This document shows positions 19,782-29,957 of a stretch of DNA of 64,000 nucleotides, piece by piece; positions within the stretch are counted from its first letter, which is position 1; each line of letters begins with the position of its first letter. The DNA is from Pirellulales bacterium (GTDB lineage: Bacteria; Planctomycetota; Planctomycetia; Pirellulales; UBA1268). A program made the translations under genes and the position numbers. The notes under the pieces are model-generated. The model searched no databases. It was not told the DNA's origin and saw only the letters and a list, made by a program, of their open reading frames with translations. The DNA lies in contig CBDFMH010000005.1 in assembly GCA_965249545.1 (NCBI GenBank), forward strand, positions 604,126-668,125. Reading direction: 5' to 3'.

Positions 19782-21464
19782 TCAGAGCCGTTTTTTGCTC
19801 GTCTTTCCGATACCTGGATTGAAGGTGTTGGTCGGGTCGAGTTTGCGATGGAACTGCTCGACAACCGGCTCGGATTCATACAGATGGCCGACGTTGTGCT
19901 CTGCCGGAAATTTGGCTCCTCGAGCCTTTAGCCGCTCGAGCATAAGCGTCTTGACCCGTTCCATATCAGTGCCCCTGCGGTAGACGTAAATATTGTGAAA
20001 CACGTGGCACAGATAGTGTCCGTAGGACAGATCCAACACCAAGTCCTTGGTGAGTTCCTCGGGGAGATCTTCGATCCAGTCCGGGTCGTTGCTGAGCAGT
20101 GCGATGTCGAGCGACAGCACCTCTTCAGTGGTTCGTTGGTAAAGGTTCTGATAGCGGAGCCCAGCGCCAGCAGCACTGAATCGATGGAGGAGCGCCGCCT
20201 CTTGTTCGCGTTCTGAACACTCAAAAAAACTGACCCCGTGTGTTCGGCCCCAATCGTTTTCAAGGTATCGCCTCGCCTCGTCGATCGCTTCGTCCGCCGT
20301 GACAAGGATGAGAAGGTGCTCGTAGGTGTCGCGATACTTTAGTAGCCGCTCGGGCAGGTGCTGTGGAAACAGTTTACTGGCGTAATAGAGAAAGATATCT
20401 GGCAGATACTTCGGCAGAAATGGAATCTTGTTGAGTAGATATTCTGCCTTCGCCTTCAGCGCGTAGGCCTTTGGAAGTCGCTCGGTTCCAAGATACTTGA
20501 TCGCAAGCGCCACGTCCTTCGCGTACTTCTCTGCAGCAGTAAATGTTGCCCGATTCATATACTCGACCATCTCCGGGAGATGCTCGAACGTGCCAAGAAT
20601 GTCGCGACGCATCGTGACGAAGTGATCGGGATCGTTGGTGCCAAGAATGAACACCTGTTTTTTCTTGGGTGCCTGAAACGTATCGACCCGCACAGCGAAG
20701 CACGCGACCTTCCCTGCGCTGCCACTGACTTCGTAGAGTCGTTTTGGGTCAGCGTTATAACGGTTCGGAACATCCGCATCGAGAGTGCGGATGCGATTGA
20801 CGTAGTCGTTATCAGATGCAACTCGTCCATCATCGATGAGATCTGCATCCGTGAACTCGCCGGCTTCGAGTCGGGTGAGAATCTCTTCGGGAGTCTCGCC
20901 AAGGTTGCGAATGCCGAGGTGATCAATCAGTTCAAGCGTACCCTGCTCGTTCACTCTCGCGTACAGTGCATACTCGGTATAGGACGAACCCCGCTTGCAG
21001 AGTGCGCCACCCGCATTGTTCGCCACACCACCGATGACAGTCGCACCAATAGTTGTCGAACCGAGTACAGAATGAGGCACACGATCAATCTTCTTGAGCT
21101 CCTCGCTTAACTCAAAGAGAGTCGTACCTGGAAAAGCAAGAGCCTGTGCCCCTTCCCTAAGTAAGTGGAGACCGCGCAACCGGCTAACGTTAATAATCAC
21201 CACGTCTCGGTCGTAGTCAAAGCCACTTGGAGATGAACCGCCAGTCAGACCAGTCTTCGCAGCTTGCATGATGATGGCACAGCCGGCGTCGACAGCGACT
21301 TGAAGAACCTTCCACTGCTCGACAAGGGTTGATGGAAACACCACAGCCTTGGCGCCACCAAATCCACAGCGAAACCCAGAACGGTAGTATGCGGTATCCA
21401 TATCCTTGGTAAGGACATTCGCATTGCCGACGATGTTTTTGAAGGCCTCAACAATCTCAGCCAT
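19782..21464 (-). CDS. dld: Quinone-dependent membrane D-lactate dehydrogenase (FAD)
   Basis: YRSGFRCGFG, QAAKTGLTGGSSP, PHSVLGST.IGA, GGALCKRG..YTE, GSAGK, CHVFH, PAEHNVGHLY, DPTNTFNPGIGKTSK. Confidence 0.92.
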   Translation of the reverse strand: MAEIVEAFKNIVGNANVLTKDMDTAYYRSGFRCGFGGAKAVVFPSTLVEQWKVLQVAVDAGCAIIMQAAKTGLTGGSSPSGFDYDRDVVIINVSRLRGLHLLREGAQALAFPGTTLFELSEELKKIDRVPHSVLGSTTIGATVIGGVANNAGGALCKRGSSYTEYALYARVNEQGTLELIDHLGIRNLGETPEEILTRLEAGEFTDADLIDDGRVASDNDYVNRIRTLDADVPNRYNADPKRLYEVSGSAGKVACFAVRVDTFQAPKKKQVFILGTNDPDHFVTMRRDILGTFEHLPEMVEYMNRATFTAAEKYAKDVALAIKYLGTERLPKAYALKAKAEYLLNKIPFLPKYLPDIFLYYASKLFPQHLPERLLKYRDTYEHLLILVTADEAIDEARRYLENDWGRTHGVSFFECSEREQEAALLHRFSAAGAGLRYQNLYQRTTEEVLSLDIALLSNDPDWIEDLPEELTKDLVLDLSYGHYLCHVFHNIYVYRRGTDMERVKTLMLERLKARGAKFPAEHNVGHLYESEPVVEQFHRKLDPTNTFNPGIGKTSKKRL

Positions 21465-21547
21465 AATTGGAATCCAATTTTTTCAACAGAAGACTGCGTG
21501 GTCTGACGAAGAGAATTGCCACAATGAAGATAATAATAAAAAGATAG

Positions 21548-21841
21548 TTAGCTTCTGAATAATTGACGAATAATTTCTTTGCCAAGAGCCAGACAAAACA
21601 CACCAGCAAGTAAACATCCACCAACTACCATCAGCCACTGTGAAATCTGCACATGAAATTTCTCAAGATCCCGTTCTGCGGATGTTGGATCTTGTAAGGG
21701 TACGGCCACACCTGACATAACACCGTACACAAGGCCACTTACAAAAAAGACGCCACCAGCCAAGAAAGCAGCCCAACAAATATCACGCCACGTAGAGTGT
21801 GTTCCGCTCTTTTCGTGCACGTTGTGTATTTTCAAGAACAT
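21548..21841 (-). CDS. Hypothetical small two-TM membrane protein
   Basis: 97-aa ORF with two hydrophobic segments; fills the gap on the same strand as its neighbours. Confidence 0.5.
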   Translation of the reverse strand: MFLKIHNVHEKSGTHSTWRDICWAAFLAGGVFFVSGLVYGVMSGVAVPLQDPTSAERDLEKFHVQISQWLMVVGGCLLAGVFCLALGKEIIRQLFRS

Positions 21842-21910
21842 CTCCGATCTTTTCTATCATTGATTAAAGACATGTTCATTCGTTGCTTGGTGAAGCCTGC
21901 AAATCAAAAA

Positions 21911-22849
21911 TCAACCGGTCTCAGGCATAAACGTTGGCATGGTGACACCACGAGGCTCCTGCCAGTTTCCTCTGGTTTGTCCAAAATGTAATTCACAGTT
22001 TTTTGCACCCCACCCATAGAGTTCCGACACAAGAGAATGGCACGATGACGGCGCGAGCCATACAGGCTGACCGCCTCGGTGATGTTGATCGAGCTGATAT
22101 CGAATCAAAGCCAAAGCATCTTCTTCTGAACGCATGAACCCTGGTCCGAGCATCGTACTTCCAGGATGCTTCACAGACACAAGCACGCCATCAATCTGCT
22201 TTGTATCTTCAGATTCAATAATGCAAACATTCCATATGTTCATGGCGTTCTCGAGAAAAAACCGGTGGTCTTTCTCACGGTCAATAAAGCAAAGTTCTTT
22301 TTCCACTTGGACAATATCGTGTAGGTCATCAAGACATGCTTTCCTCACTCTGTGCAAGCCGGGAATGTTGCGTTCCGGAAGGCCTTCATCGGGTACCGCC
22401 AGGGTCATATCCTGAAAAATCTGTCGCGGTACAAACCCGCCACGTGTGTAGAGTGAAAATGAGTCAAGGTTCATAGCACTCGACACAAGCCGCGTTGGCT
22501 TCTTGTGTTCTTCAGACAAGTGAACAATACGGTCAAGAAGCTGCCTCGCCAGACCTTTCCCAAAATGATCGGGGTGAACATTCATGATTCCAAGTGAAAC
22601 ATGCGTGGAGCGAGGATGGTAAAAACATGACGCTGCAATCTGCTCCGTCTCTTTGACAACGGCAACAAGACAACAGCCTGGATCAAGTGCTTCATAGACA
22701 TCGCAGAACAACATGGTTGAGCTTGGATCACCAGTAAATATTGGTGCTTTTCCATTGGCTTCATACCAACAATTTGTTGACTCACGGATCAGGCTGGCAA
22801 CATCATGTTGCTCATTCGGCCGCATCTGCCGAAACTCATAATGGCTCAT
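21911..22849 (-). CDS. GNAT family N-acetyltransferase (tandem-domain type)
   Basis: Acetyl-CoA motif MNVHPDHFGKGLARQLL and SLYTRGGF. ATGA overlap with the sulfatase stop. Confidence 0.85.
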   Translation of the reverse strand: MSHYEFRQMRPNEQHDVASLIRESTNCWYEANGKAPIFTGDPSSTMLFCDVYEALDPGCCLVAVVKETEQIAASCFYHPRSTHVSLGIMNVHPDHFGKGLARQLLDRIVHLSEEHKKPTRLVSSAMNLDSFSLYTRGGFVPRQIFQDMTLAVPDEGLPERNIPGLHRVRKACLDDLHDIVQVEKELCFIDREKDHRFFLENAMNIWNVCIIESEDTKQIDGVLVSVKHPGSTMLGPGFMRSEEDALALIRYQLDQHHRGGQPVWLAPSSCHSLVSELYGWGAKNCELHFGQTRGNWQEPRGVTMPTFMPETG

Positions 22850-24354
22850 GGATTTTCCTCTGGCTTATAAGGATGCCATGGAGGAGTACCAAACCAGTCA
22901 TGCATTTCTTTTTCAAATGGCTTCACAATTGCCTCGTCTTCCGGAAATTCGCCCTGATCATTTGTTTCTACGATCCACGTATCCAGGGCTGATCGCATGC
23001 CAATAAGTGCTTCACGATGTTCGTGGTGTTCCGAATCAACAAGATTATGAATCTCATGAGGATCTTCTTCGGTATCGAATAACTGTTCCTCAGAAACATG
23101 TGGATTCATTAAGTCATGTGCTGGACCTGTGAGTTCCCCTTTTGCATACATCTCACGCATTAAGGGCTTTATTGGAAAACACTTTTCCTTATATCTATTC
23201 AGTGACGCAAAATGTCGATCTGGAAAATAGTTGCGAATATAGTGGTAGCGAGTACCACGAACACTCCGGACGCGATTGACTGTCTCATCAATTCGATCTC
23301 TCGCTGAAAATGCGTAGCGACGCTCTTGCCCACCTGAATCACCGAGAAAAATACGTCCGTGCATCCCAAGTGGTCGAGCAAGACCAGCACACCACAGCGT
23401 GGTGGGTGTCATGTCAATTAAGCTGACAACCTGCTCGTCAACCTGACCGGATTGAAAACCTGGCGGTGGCGTACGACCTCGAGGCCATCGAATGATAAGA
23501 GGAACATGGAGACCAGTGTCATAACACCAATGAATTCCTCGGGGTTCAATCCGTCCGTTGTCTCCAAAAAACATGACGATTGTATTTTCAGCAAGCCCAT
23601 CTGCTTCAAGACGTTTTAAAATCTTCCCTACCGTCTTATCCATTCCTGAAATTGAGTTGAGGTACCGTGCCCACTCCAGTCGGACCAAAGGGTGATCCGG
23701 ATAATAGGGTGGCGGCTGAACCTTGTCAGGGTCCGCGATCTTTTCGTGATGGTCTTCGCCCTTCCACTTGACACGTGGAACACGCCATGTCTGCCGATCG
23801 TAAATATCGTACTCGGCTTCAAGCGTATTTATCTGTGCGAAGAAAGGTTGATTCTTTGGTAGCTCTTCCCATCTATCTGTGTCATACAGTTTTCCCTCAT
23901 TCACAAAATTCAGGTCGAGCTTTCCGGAGCCAATAACCTCACCATGCATTGTCTTGATATTTGCCGTGGTGTAGCCAACTGCTTTGAGCCTGTGCGTCAG
24001 TGGCCTGACTCCCTCAGGAAGCCGATAGTCGTCTTCCCGGTGTGACCGCATGTTATGTGTATCAGAAGACGTCTGATACATCCCGGTAAAAAATGCGCTA
24101 CGGCTCGGCGCACACACTGGTGATGTTGCAAAAACTTTGGTGTACCGCATGCCCTCTTTTGCAAGGCCATCAAGATAAGGTGTCTTTACATGCTGAGCCC
24201 CATAACATCCAAGATCCAGCTTGAGGTTTTCACCAACAATCCACACGATATTTGGCGGATCAAAAGTGCTTTGAGCCTCCACCGAAAATGCCTGGAGACA
24301 TACAAACAAAACAAAGACACCGATGCCGGAAAAATATTTCATTGTGTTACCCAT
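22846..24354 (-). CDS. Sulfatase (Cys-type, formylglycine-dependent), secreted
   Basis: Signal peptide, PNIVWI, CAPSRSAFFTG signature, GDNG, GLHVPLII, RDRIDE, DPHEIHNL. Start at 24354 or 24342. Confidence 0.93.
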   Translation of the reverse strand: MGNTMKYFSGIGVFVLFVCLQAFSVEAQSTFDPPNIVWIVGENLKLDLGCYGAQHVKTPYLDGLAKEGMRYTKVFATSPVCAPSRSAFFTGMYQTSSDTHNMRSHREDDYRLPEGVRPLTHRLKAVGYTTANIKTMHGEVIGSGKLDLNFVNEGKLYDTDRWEELPKNQPFFAQINTLEAEYDIYDRQTWRVPRVKWKGEDHHEKIADPDKVQPPPYYPDHPLVRLEWARYLNSISGMDKTVGKILKRLEADGLAENTIVMFFGDNGRIEPRGIHWCYDTGLHVPLIIRWPRGRTPPPGFQSGQVDEQVVSLIDMTPTTLWCAGLARPLGMHGRIFLGDSGGQERRYAFSARDRIDETVNRVRSVRGTRYHYIRNYFPDRHFASLNRYKEKCFPIKPLMREMYAKGELTGPAHDLMNPHVSEEQLFDTEEDPHEIHNLVDSEHHEHREALIGMRSALDTWIVETNDQGEFPEDEAIVKPFEKEMHDWFGTPPWHPYKPEENP

Positions 24355-24699
24355 GAAAATGCAGTACTCGTCCCAAGAAAAGAATACGACAAATGAGGTA
24401 CTACCCACAAATTCTCAATCGATGGTGATCAATGGATTGCAGGAAACCTATCGCAGCTTCAAGGGAGAATCCTTGACCAGACTGTGTGCACTCTATCTTT
24501 TCTGGAACCTCACAATGGAAAGAAAATGAAACGGAGAACATTGATAACAACATGTTTTTCTACCTTACTGCCTGTGAACGAAACCCGAAGGCCCAATAAC
24601 CGTTGAAAACAGGAAGGAACTTTGTTGTTTTGTTTCTTGCCACGAGCATGTAGCCTTTACGATATTCTCGTTTCCTCGCTGATAGTAAAGTTCGTATTC

Positions 24700-26748
24700 A
24701 TGAAGATTGAATTTCAGTTCAGGAACCTTCCCTTCGTGGGATTTCTCAGCGTTATGTTCCTGATTCTCTTCTTCGGTTCATTACAAGCTGATCCTGTTCG
24801 GAAAGGACCCCAGCCTCTCAAGCCTGCTGAACATGGCATTGGACAACTGGTCAAAGCATTTTCATTTTCAGATATCAATGGCGAAGAGCATACTTTTGGC
24901 TCTGAACACACTACCCAAGTCACAGCTTTTTGCTTCACAAGTACATCCTGCCCCCTTAGTCGGAAATATCTACCAACTCTGGCAAAGCTCTCTCAGTCGG
25001 CGCCTGCACATGTTCAATATATTCTTGTCAATCCAATTCAATCTGACAAAAAAGAGAACATGCAGGCTGCTGCACAACAAGCACGCAATGCAATCTATGT
25101 TCACGATGCTGATGGAAAACTGTCGCAGTATCTCCAAGCTCAAACAACAACTGATGTGATTGTTGTTGATGCTCATCGCACTGTTGTCTACCACGGTGCC
25201 ATTGATGATCAATACGGCTTTGGATATGCCCGGGCAGAACCAAAACAACACTTTTTAAAAGATGCTATTGAGTCTTTACTTCAGGGGCAGCAGCCCTCGA
25301 TCGCTGCAACGGATGCACCGGGATGTGATCTGAGTTATGAAGTGGTGAAAGATACTGCGGGCATGACGACCTATCACGGAGAAATCTCAAGGATCTTGCA
25401 AAGAAATTGTATTGAGTGTCATCGAAAAGGTGGCATTGGACCATTTCCCTTAGACAGCTATGAGGACGTTGTTGCACATGCTGGGATGATTCAGACTGTT
25501 GTGACCAACAAAACCATGCCTCCCTGGTTTGCTGAAGAATCAAGATCGAGCAAGACATCAACCACAAACCATCAACACATTTGGAAAAATGATCGGTCGC
25601 TGACCGCAGATGATCGGAATGACCTTCTAGCGTGGGTTCAGAGTGATCATCCACGGGGAAATCTTGCGGATGCTCCCAAGCCAATGACATTCCCAACCGA
25701 TTGGCAGATTGGGAAACCCGATAGAGTCTGGAAATTTTCTGAACCAATACCCGTGCAGGCAACCGGGGTCATGCCCTATCAATACATAACGATTGATACA
25801 CAACTGGACGAATCAAAATGGGTACAAGCAATTGAAATCCAACCTGGCAGTCCTGAAGTTGTGCATCATGTCATCATCACGCTTCATATACCTGGTCAGG
25901 GAAAGAGAAGTTCGGCTGAGCGAGAAGAAGATGGCCTCTGGGCTGGTTATGTACCTGGTCAGTCTGTCTGGAAATATCCCAAGGGTTTCGCCCGTTACCT
26001 TCCAAAAGGGTCACGTCTCATTTTCCAGATGCACTACACACCAAATGGAATCGCGACGACCGACCAGACACGAGTTGGAGTTATCTATGCAGATGCACCG
26101 CCTGAGCACGAAGTACGTATCAAAGGCCTCTCAAATCATCGCATACGTATCCCACCTGGCACGAAGCACCACCGAGAAGAGGCCTCACTCAAGCTTCCCG
26201 TCGATGCTACAGTGCTCGGATTTCTTCCGCATATGCATTTACGCGGAAGCGCTTGTCGCTATGAGGTGATCGATACCACAGGTACTCAAGAAGTTCTTTT
26301 AGATATCCCTCACTATGATTTTAATTGGCAACTGCTTTATCGGTACACCGAACCAAGAACATTTCATGAAGGTGATACCATCACGTTTACGGCATGGTTT
26401 GATAACTCGGCAGAGAATCCTGCCAACCCTGACCCAACAGAGACTGTTTATTGGGGACAACAGACATTTGAAGAAATGCTACTTGGGTACGTTGAATATT
26501 TTCTCCCTGGAGTTCCACCGGGAACTCCTTTGACAAACACGGCACGTTCACAGAAGCAACAAGGAAATCTGCCAGCACGGGACAACAAGAACTTCCAGGC
26601 TTTCTTTTTACGCTTTGATCAAGATGGTGATCATGCCTTGAGCAAAGAGGAGTTACCAAACCGACTACGAAGCCGATTTAACCAAGTTGATTCTGATCGG
26701 AATGGTCTTCTTTCGTACGAAGAGGTTCAAGAGTCTCAGGCCCAGTGA
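24700..26748 (+). CDS. Secreted redoxin + cytochrome c + copper type II monooxygenase-like + EF-hand fusion protein
   Basis: Signal peptide, thioredoxin-like TSCPLS..YHGAIDDQY, heme motif CIECH..MPPW, VVHH / QMHY / PHMH / EEM, and two EF-hand loops (DQDGDHALSKEE, DSDRNGLLSYEE). Confidence 0.85.
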   Translation: MKIEFQFRNLPFVGFLSVMFLILFFGSLQADPVRKGPQPLKPAEHGIGQLVKAFSFSDINGEEHTFGSEHTTQVTAFCFTSTSCPLSRKYLPTLAKLSQSAPAHVQYILVNPIQSDKKENMQAAAQQARNAIYVHDADGKLSQYLQAQTTTDVIVVDAHRTVVYHGAIDDQYGFGYARAEPKQHFLKDAIESLLQGQQPSIAATDAPGCDLSYEVVKDTAGMTTYHGEISRILQRNCIECHRKGGIGPFPLDSYEDVVAHAGMIQTVVTNKTMPPWFAEESRSSKTSTTNHQHIWKNDRSLTADDRNDLLAWVQSDHPRGNLADAPKPMTFPTDWQIGKPDRVWKFSEPIPVQATGVMPYQYITIDTQLDESKWVQAIEIQPGSPEVVHHVIITLHIPGQGKRSSAEREEDGLWAGYVPGQSVWKYPKGFARYLPKGSRLIFQMHYTPNGIATTDQTRVGVIYADAPPEHEVRIKGLSNHRIRIPPGTKHHREEASLKLPVDATVLGFLPHMHLRGSACRYEVIDTTGTQEVLLDIPHYDFNWQLLYRYTEPRTFHEGDTITFTAWFDNSAENPANPDPTETVYWGQQTFEEMLLGYVEYFLPGVPPGTPLTNTARSQKQQGNLPARDNKNFQAFFLRFDQDGDHALSKEELPNRLRSRFNQVDSDRNGLLSYEEVQESQAQ

Positions 26749-26870
26749 CAACGACTGAATTGGGCGTGAAATCTGTGTTTTCAGTTCGCACAGTACTGGC
26801 GTTCGTGATACGATTCGTGCAATAAATCTGGTCTTTGTTCTTCCATCAACTCACTCGTGGAGCTATCTCA

Positions 26871-27533
26871 ATGCATTGTGGAAATAGACTTTTTCTGTGC
26901 GTCGCACTTTGTGTTACCTCATTACCGCTTGCATTCACTGCAGAATCTTCCAGCGACGCATGGATCACCATGTTTAACGGACAGGATCTCTCTGGTTGGA
27001 AAGCAAACCCTGAAAACCCAGATTCCTTTCATGTCGAAGATGGTGTCCTTGTTGTCGACGGACCACGCTGTCATCTTTTCTGGATTGGTGATCCAGAAAA
27101 TTCAGAGGACGAGCAACTCACAAATTTTCACTGGCATGCAAAAGTCAAAACCATGCCAAAAGCCAATGGTGGACTCTACTTTCATACGCAGTATGAGGAA
27201 TCAGGCTGGCCTTTTGCCGGCTATGAGTGCCAGGTAAACCAGACCCACAAAGATCGCAAAAAAACAGGTGGGCTCTATGCGGTTGCTGACGTCCTTGACA
27301 CATCACCAGTCAAAGATGGGGAGTGGTATGACTACGACATTATTGTCGATGGGAAACACATTGTTATCAAAATCAACGGGGTCGTGACGACAGACTGGAC
27401 AGAGCCAGACGATTGGCAGCCACCAAAAAAAATGTCTGGCCGAAGACTTTCACAAGGCACATTTGCCATACAGGCTCATGACCCCGAAAGCGTCGTGCAT
27501 TACAAGGACATACGGATGAAACGTCTCCCGTAA
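26871..27533 (+). CDS. DUF1080 (3-keto-disaccharide hydrolase-like) protein
   Basis: Signal peptide, FNGQDLSGW, NGGLYF, GYECQV, TGGLY, GTFAIQAHDP, YKDIRMKRLP. Confidence 0.9.
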   Translation: MHCGNRLFLCVALCVTSLPLAFTAESSSDAWITMFNGQDLSGWKANPENPDSFHVEDGVLVVDGPRCHLFWIGDPENSEDEQLTNFHWHAKVKTMPKANGGLYFHTQYEESGWPFAGYECQVNQTHKDRKKTGGLYAVADVLDTSPVKDGEWYDYDIIVDGKHIVIKINGVVTTDWTEPDDWQPPKKMSGRRLSQGTFAIQAHDPESVVHYKDIRMKRLP

Positions 27534-27543
27534 GAATCCTTGG

Positions 27544-28548
27544 TCATTCATAGATCGGGAAAAATGTATTGAATGCCTGCTCACAAAAATCACCGGGGTC
27601 ATTAAACCGGCGATTTTCGTTGAGGCCATCAATGATCAGCATCTGCTCCGCAGAAAGTGAAAAATCAAAAAGAGAGATGTTTTCTGCAAGACGTTTCGGC
27701 TGGGATGTCTTTGGGACAACTGCTGTACCACGTTGGACTCCCCACCGAAGTAAGACTTGTGCCGGCGTTCTTCCGACTGCGTCAGCTATTGCAAGAATAC
27801 TTTCGTGCATGAACAAACTATCACCTTCTTTCGCCATGCCGAGCGACACGTACGAAGGTGCACCCAACGGTGAAAAAGCCGTGACGGCGATATCTTCTTG
27901 ATCACAAAATCGTAGAAGTTTTTTTTGGGTCAGCCTTGGGTGCATCTCCACCTGCAGACTAGACGGTTGAATTCGAGCTCCAGCTTGTAAGTCACGTAAC
28001 AGCGAGACACCAAAATTACACACACCAATAGTCCGTACGAGTCCCGCATCAACCAGTTCTTCCATGGCACCCCACGTCTCGGCTAGTGGAACCTTGATTG
28101 ATTGCATGGAAGGGTTTGGTGCATCTGGCTCAAAAAACCAACCTGGTGGATAGCGTGTCTCAGGTGCTACATACGCTAAGGCAATTGGAAAATGAATCAG
28201 ATAACTATCGAGATATTCCAGCCGAAGATCTCGCAAGGTTCTTTCAATTGCTGATCGTACGTATTTGGGTTCATGGAAGGTATTCCAGAGTTTTGAAGTC
28301 ACCCACAAATCTTCACGCTGACACAGGTTTGATGTAAGGACACGCTCGATACCTTTTCCAACCTCTGCTTCATTTCCATAATCACACGCGCTATCAAGGT
28401 GTCGGTAGCCAACACTGATCGCCTCATGAATCAGTTCACCTACGCTTGCAGGATCTACCTTCCATAAGCCAAGCCCAACAGAAGGCATGTGCGTGGCAGA
28501 AGTATTATCTGGACTACTGACTGGAATCATCGAATTTGACATATTCAT
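27544..28548 (-). CDS. Aldo/keto reductase, xylose/aldose reductase-like
   Basis: GLGLWK, GYRHLDSACDYGNE, TSKLWN, LIHFP, IGVCNF, VPKTS, C-terminal RFNDP. Start uncertain (28563/28548/28542). Confidence 0.9.
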   Translation of the reverse strand: MNMSNSMIPVSSPDNTSATHMPSVGLGLWKVDPASVGELIHEAISVGYRHLDSACDYGNEAEVGKGIERVLTSNLCQREDLWVTSKLWNTFHEPKYVRSAIERTLRDLRLEYLDSYLIHFPIALAYVAPETRYPPGWFFEPDAPNPSMQSIKVPLAETWGAMEELVDAGLVRTIGVCNFGVSLLRDLQAGARIQPSSLQVEMHPRLTQKKLLRFCDQEDIAVTAFSPLGAPSYVSLGMAKEGDSLFMHESILAIADAVGRTPAQVLLRWGVQRGTAVVPKTSQPKRLAENISLFDFSLSAEQMLIIDGLNENRRFNDPGDFCEQAFNTFFPIYE

Positions 28549-28739
28549 TTCTTTCAAAACCACACTACGTAGCGCGTCGCAGACATGAGAATACCTGATA
28601 CTCTAAAGCTAACGACGTCTTCTATCAGGCCTTCTTATAAAACGAAACATCACACGGCGTGTTATTTTGTTAGAAAGCTACATGATCGTGTTACAGCGAC
28701 GGGTACAGCGTAGCAACTTCCATCTCCTGGAGGAGATCG

Positions 28740-29240
28740 TTGATGATTATTGTTTTGATGGGTGTGTCGGGATGTGGCAAGACAACAGTCGGCACCAAAC
28801 TGGCCAGCCACCTTGGCTGGGAATATCAGGAAGGGGATGCCCTCCATCCACAAGAAAATATTCTAAAAATGTCAGATGGTGTTCCACTGAATGATGATGA
28901 TCGCAAGCCATGGATTTCTAGAATTTCAGATTGGATTGATTCTCGTTGCGAGGCTGGCAGAGATGGTGTCATTAGCTGCTCTGCACTCAAGGAGTCGTAC
29001 CGTCGTACGATCAGAGGAAACCAAAAGAACGTACCGTTTATCTACTTGCGTGGCACCAGAGAATTACTCTCGCGGCGTCTAAGCCAGCGAAGAGATCATT
29101 TCATGCCAGCAGATCTTCTCAAAAGTCAGCTTGATCTTCTAGAAGAACCGAGTGCTGATGAGCATGCCATCGTGGTAACGATTGATCGCACACCGAACGA
29201 TCTCGTCATGGCCATCTGTGATGGCCTCGGTTTGTCATAA
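28740..29240 (+). CDS. gntK: Gluconokinase
   Basis: MGVSGCGKTT P-loop, EGDALHP, PLNDDDRKPW, CSALK..YR, HFMP..LL.SQ..LEEP. Confidence 0.92.
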   Translation: MMIIVLMGVSGCGKTTVGTKLASHLGWEYQEGDALHPQENILKMSDGVPLNDDDRKPWISRISDWIDSRCEAGRDGVISCSALKESYRRTIRGNQKNVPFIYLRGTRELLSRRLSQRRDHFMPADLLKSQLDLLEEPSADEHAIVVTIDRTPNDLVMAICDGLGLS

Positions 29241-29258
29241 AAGAATTTCAACGATTCA

Positions 29259-29840
29259 TTAACTATGCATACGCGGCTGCTTGTCACCCTCGGAAATGAT
29301 CTCTGCCTCTCGTGAAGCCAGCCAGTGCAGCCTGTCATGGACCATCGATTCTGGTGCTATATCACAGGCAAGCCGAACATATGTTGCATGGTGACGCGCC
29401 TCTGATTCAAAAAGACCGCCATAAAACTTTTGAAGCTCCTCATCATGAACATGATTTTTCAATAACAAAAATCGCTCGCAACTACGAGCTTCAATCAGAC
29501 CAGCCACAAGCAAGCGATCAACTGCTCGCTCTGGCTCATTCTTACAAATCAATTTGTGAAGTTTTGGACCATAGCTACTCGGAATTAATTTTCTAAACTG
29601 AATATCTCGTCGCTCCAACAAATCAAGCACCATGTGGAAATGTTCTAACTCTTCATTCACTATTTCAGTCATCGCCCGAGAAATCTTTGTATTCTCGACA
29701 TAGGCAAAGAGAAGATTCATTGCCACACCTGCTGCCTTCTTTTCGCAATGAGCATGGTCGATTAATATCTCATCGAGATTCTCATCTACCTGCGAAAACC
29801 AGCGTTCAGGTGTATCAATTTGTAAGCTGAGCATAACCAT
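29259..29840 (-). CDS. miaE: tRNA-(ms2io6A37) hydroxylase
   Basis: LIDHAHCEKKAA, EELEHF, LIEARSCERF, ESEARH, RMHS. Confidence 0.95.
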   Translation of the reverse strand: MVMLSLQIDTPERWFSQVDENLDEILIDHAHCEKKAAGVAMNLLFAYVENTKISRAMTEIVNEELEHFHMVLDLLERRDIQFRKLIPSSYGPKLHKLICKNEPERAVDRLLVAGLIEARSCERFLLLKNHVHDEELQKFYGGLFESEARHHATYVRLACDIAPESMVHDRLHWLASREAEIISEGDKQPRMHS

Positions 29841-29957
29841 AGTGTGGGTTACTTTAGGTCACAGTGGATAGAATTATTTATACTGAAATGATGGATTGAA
29901 CGAATTGCCTACAGCACAATCGCCCTCTACGCACACTCCTGATTGAATCGGATAAAA

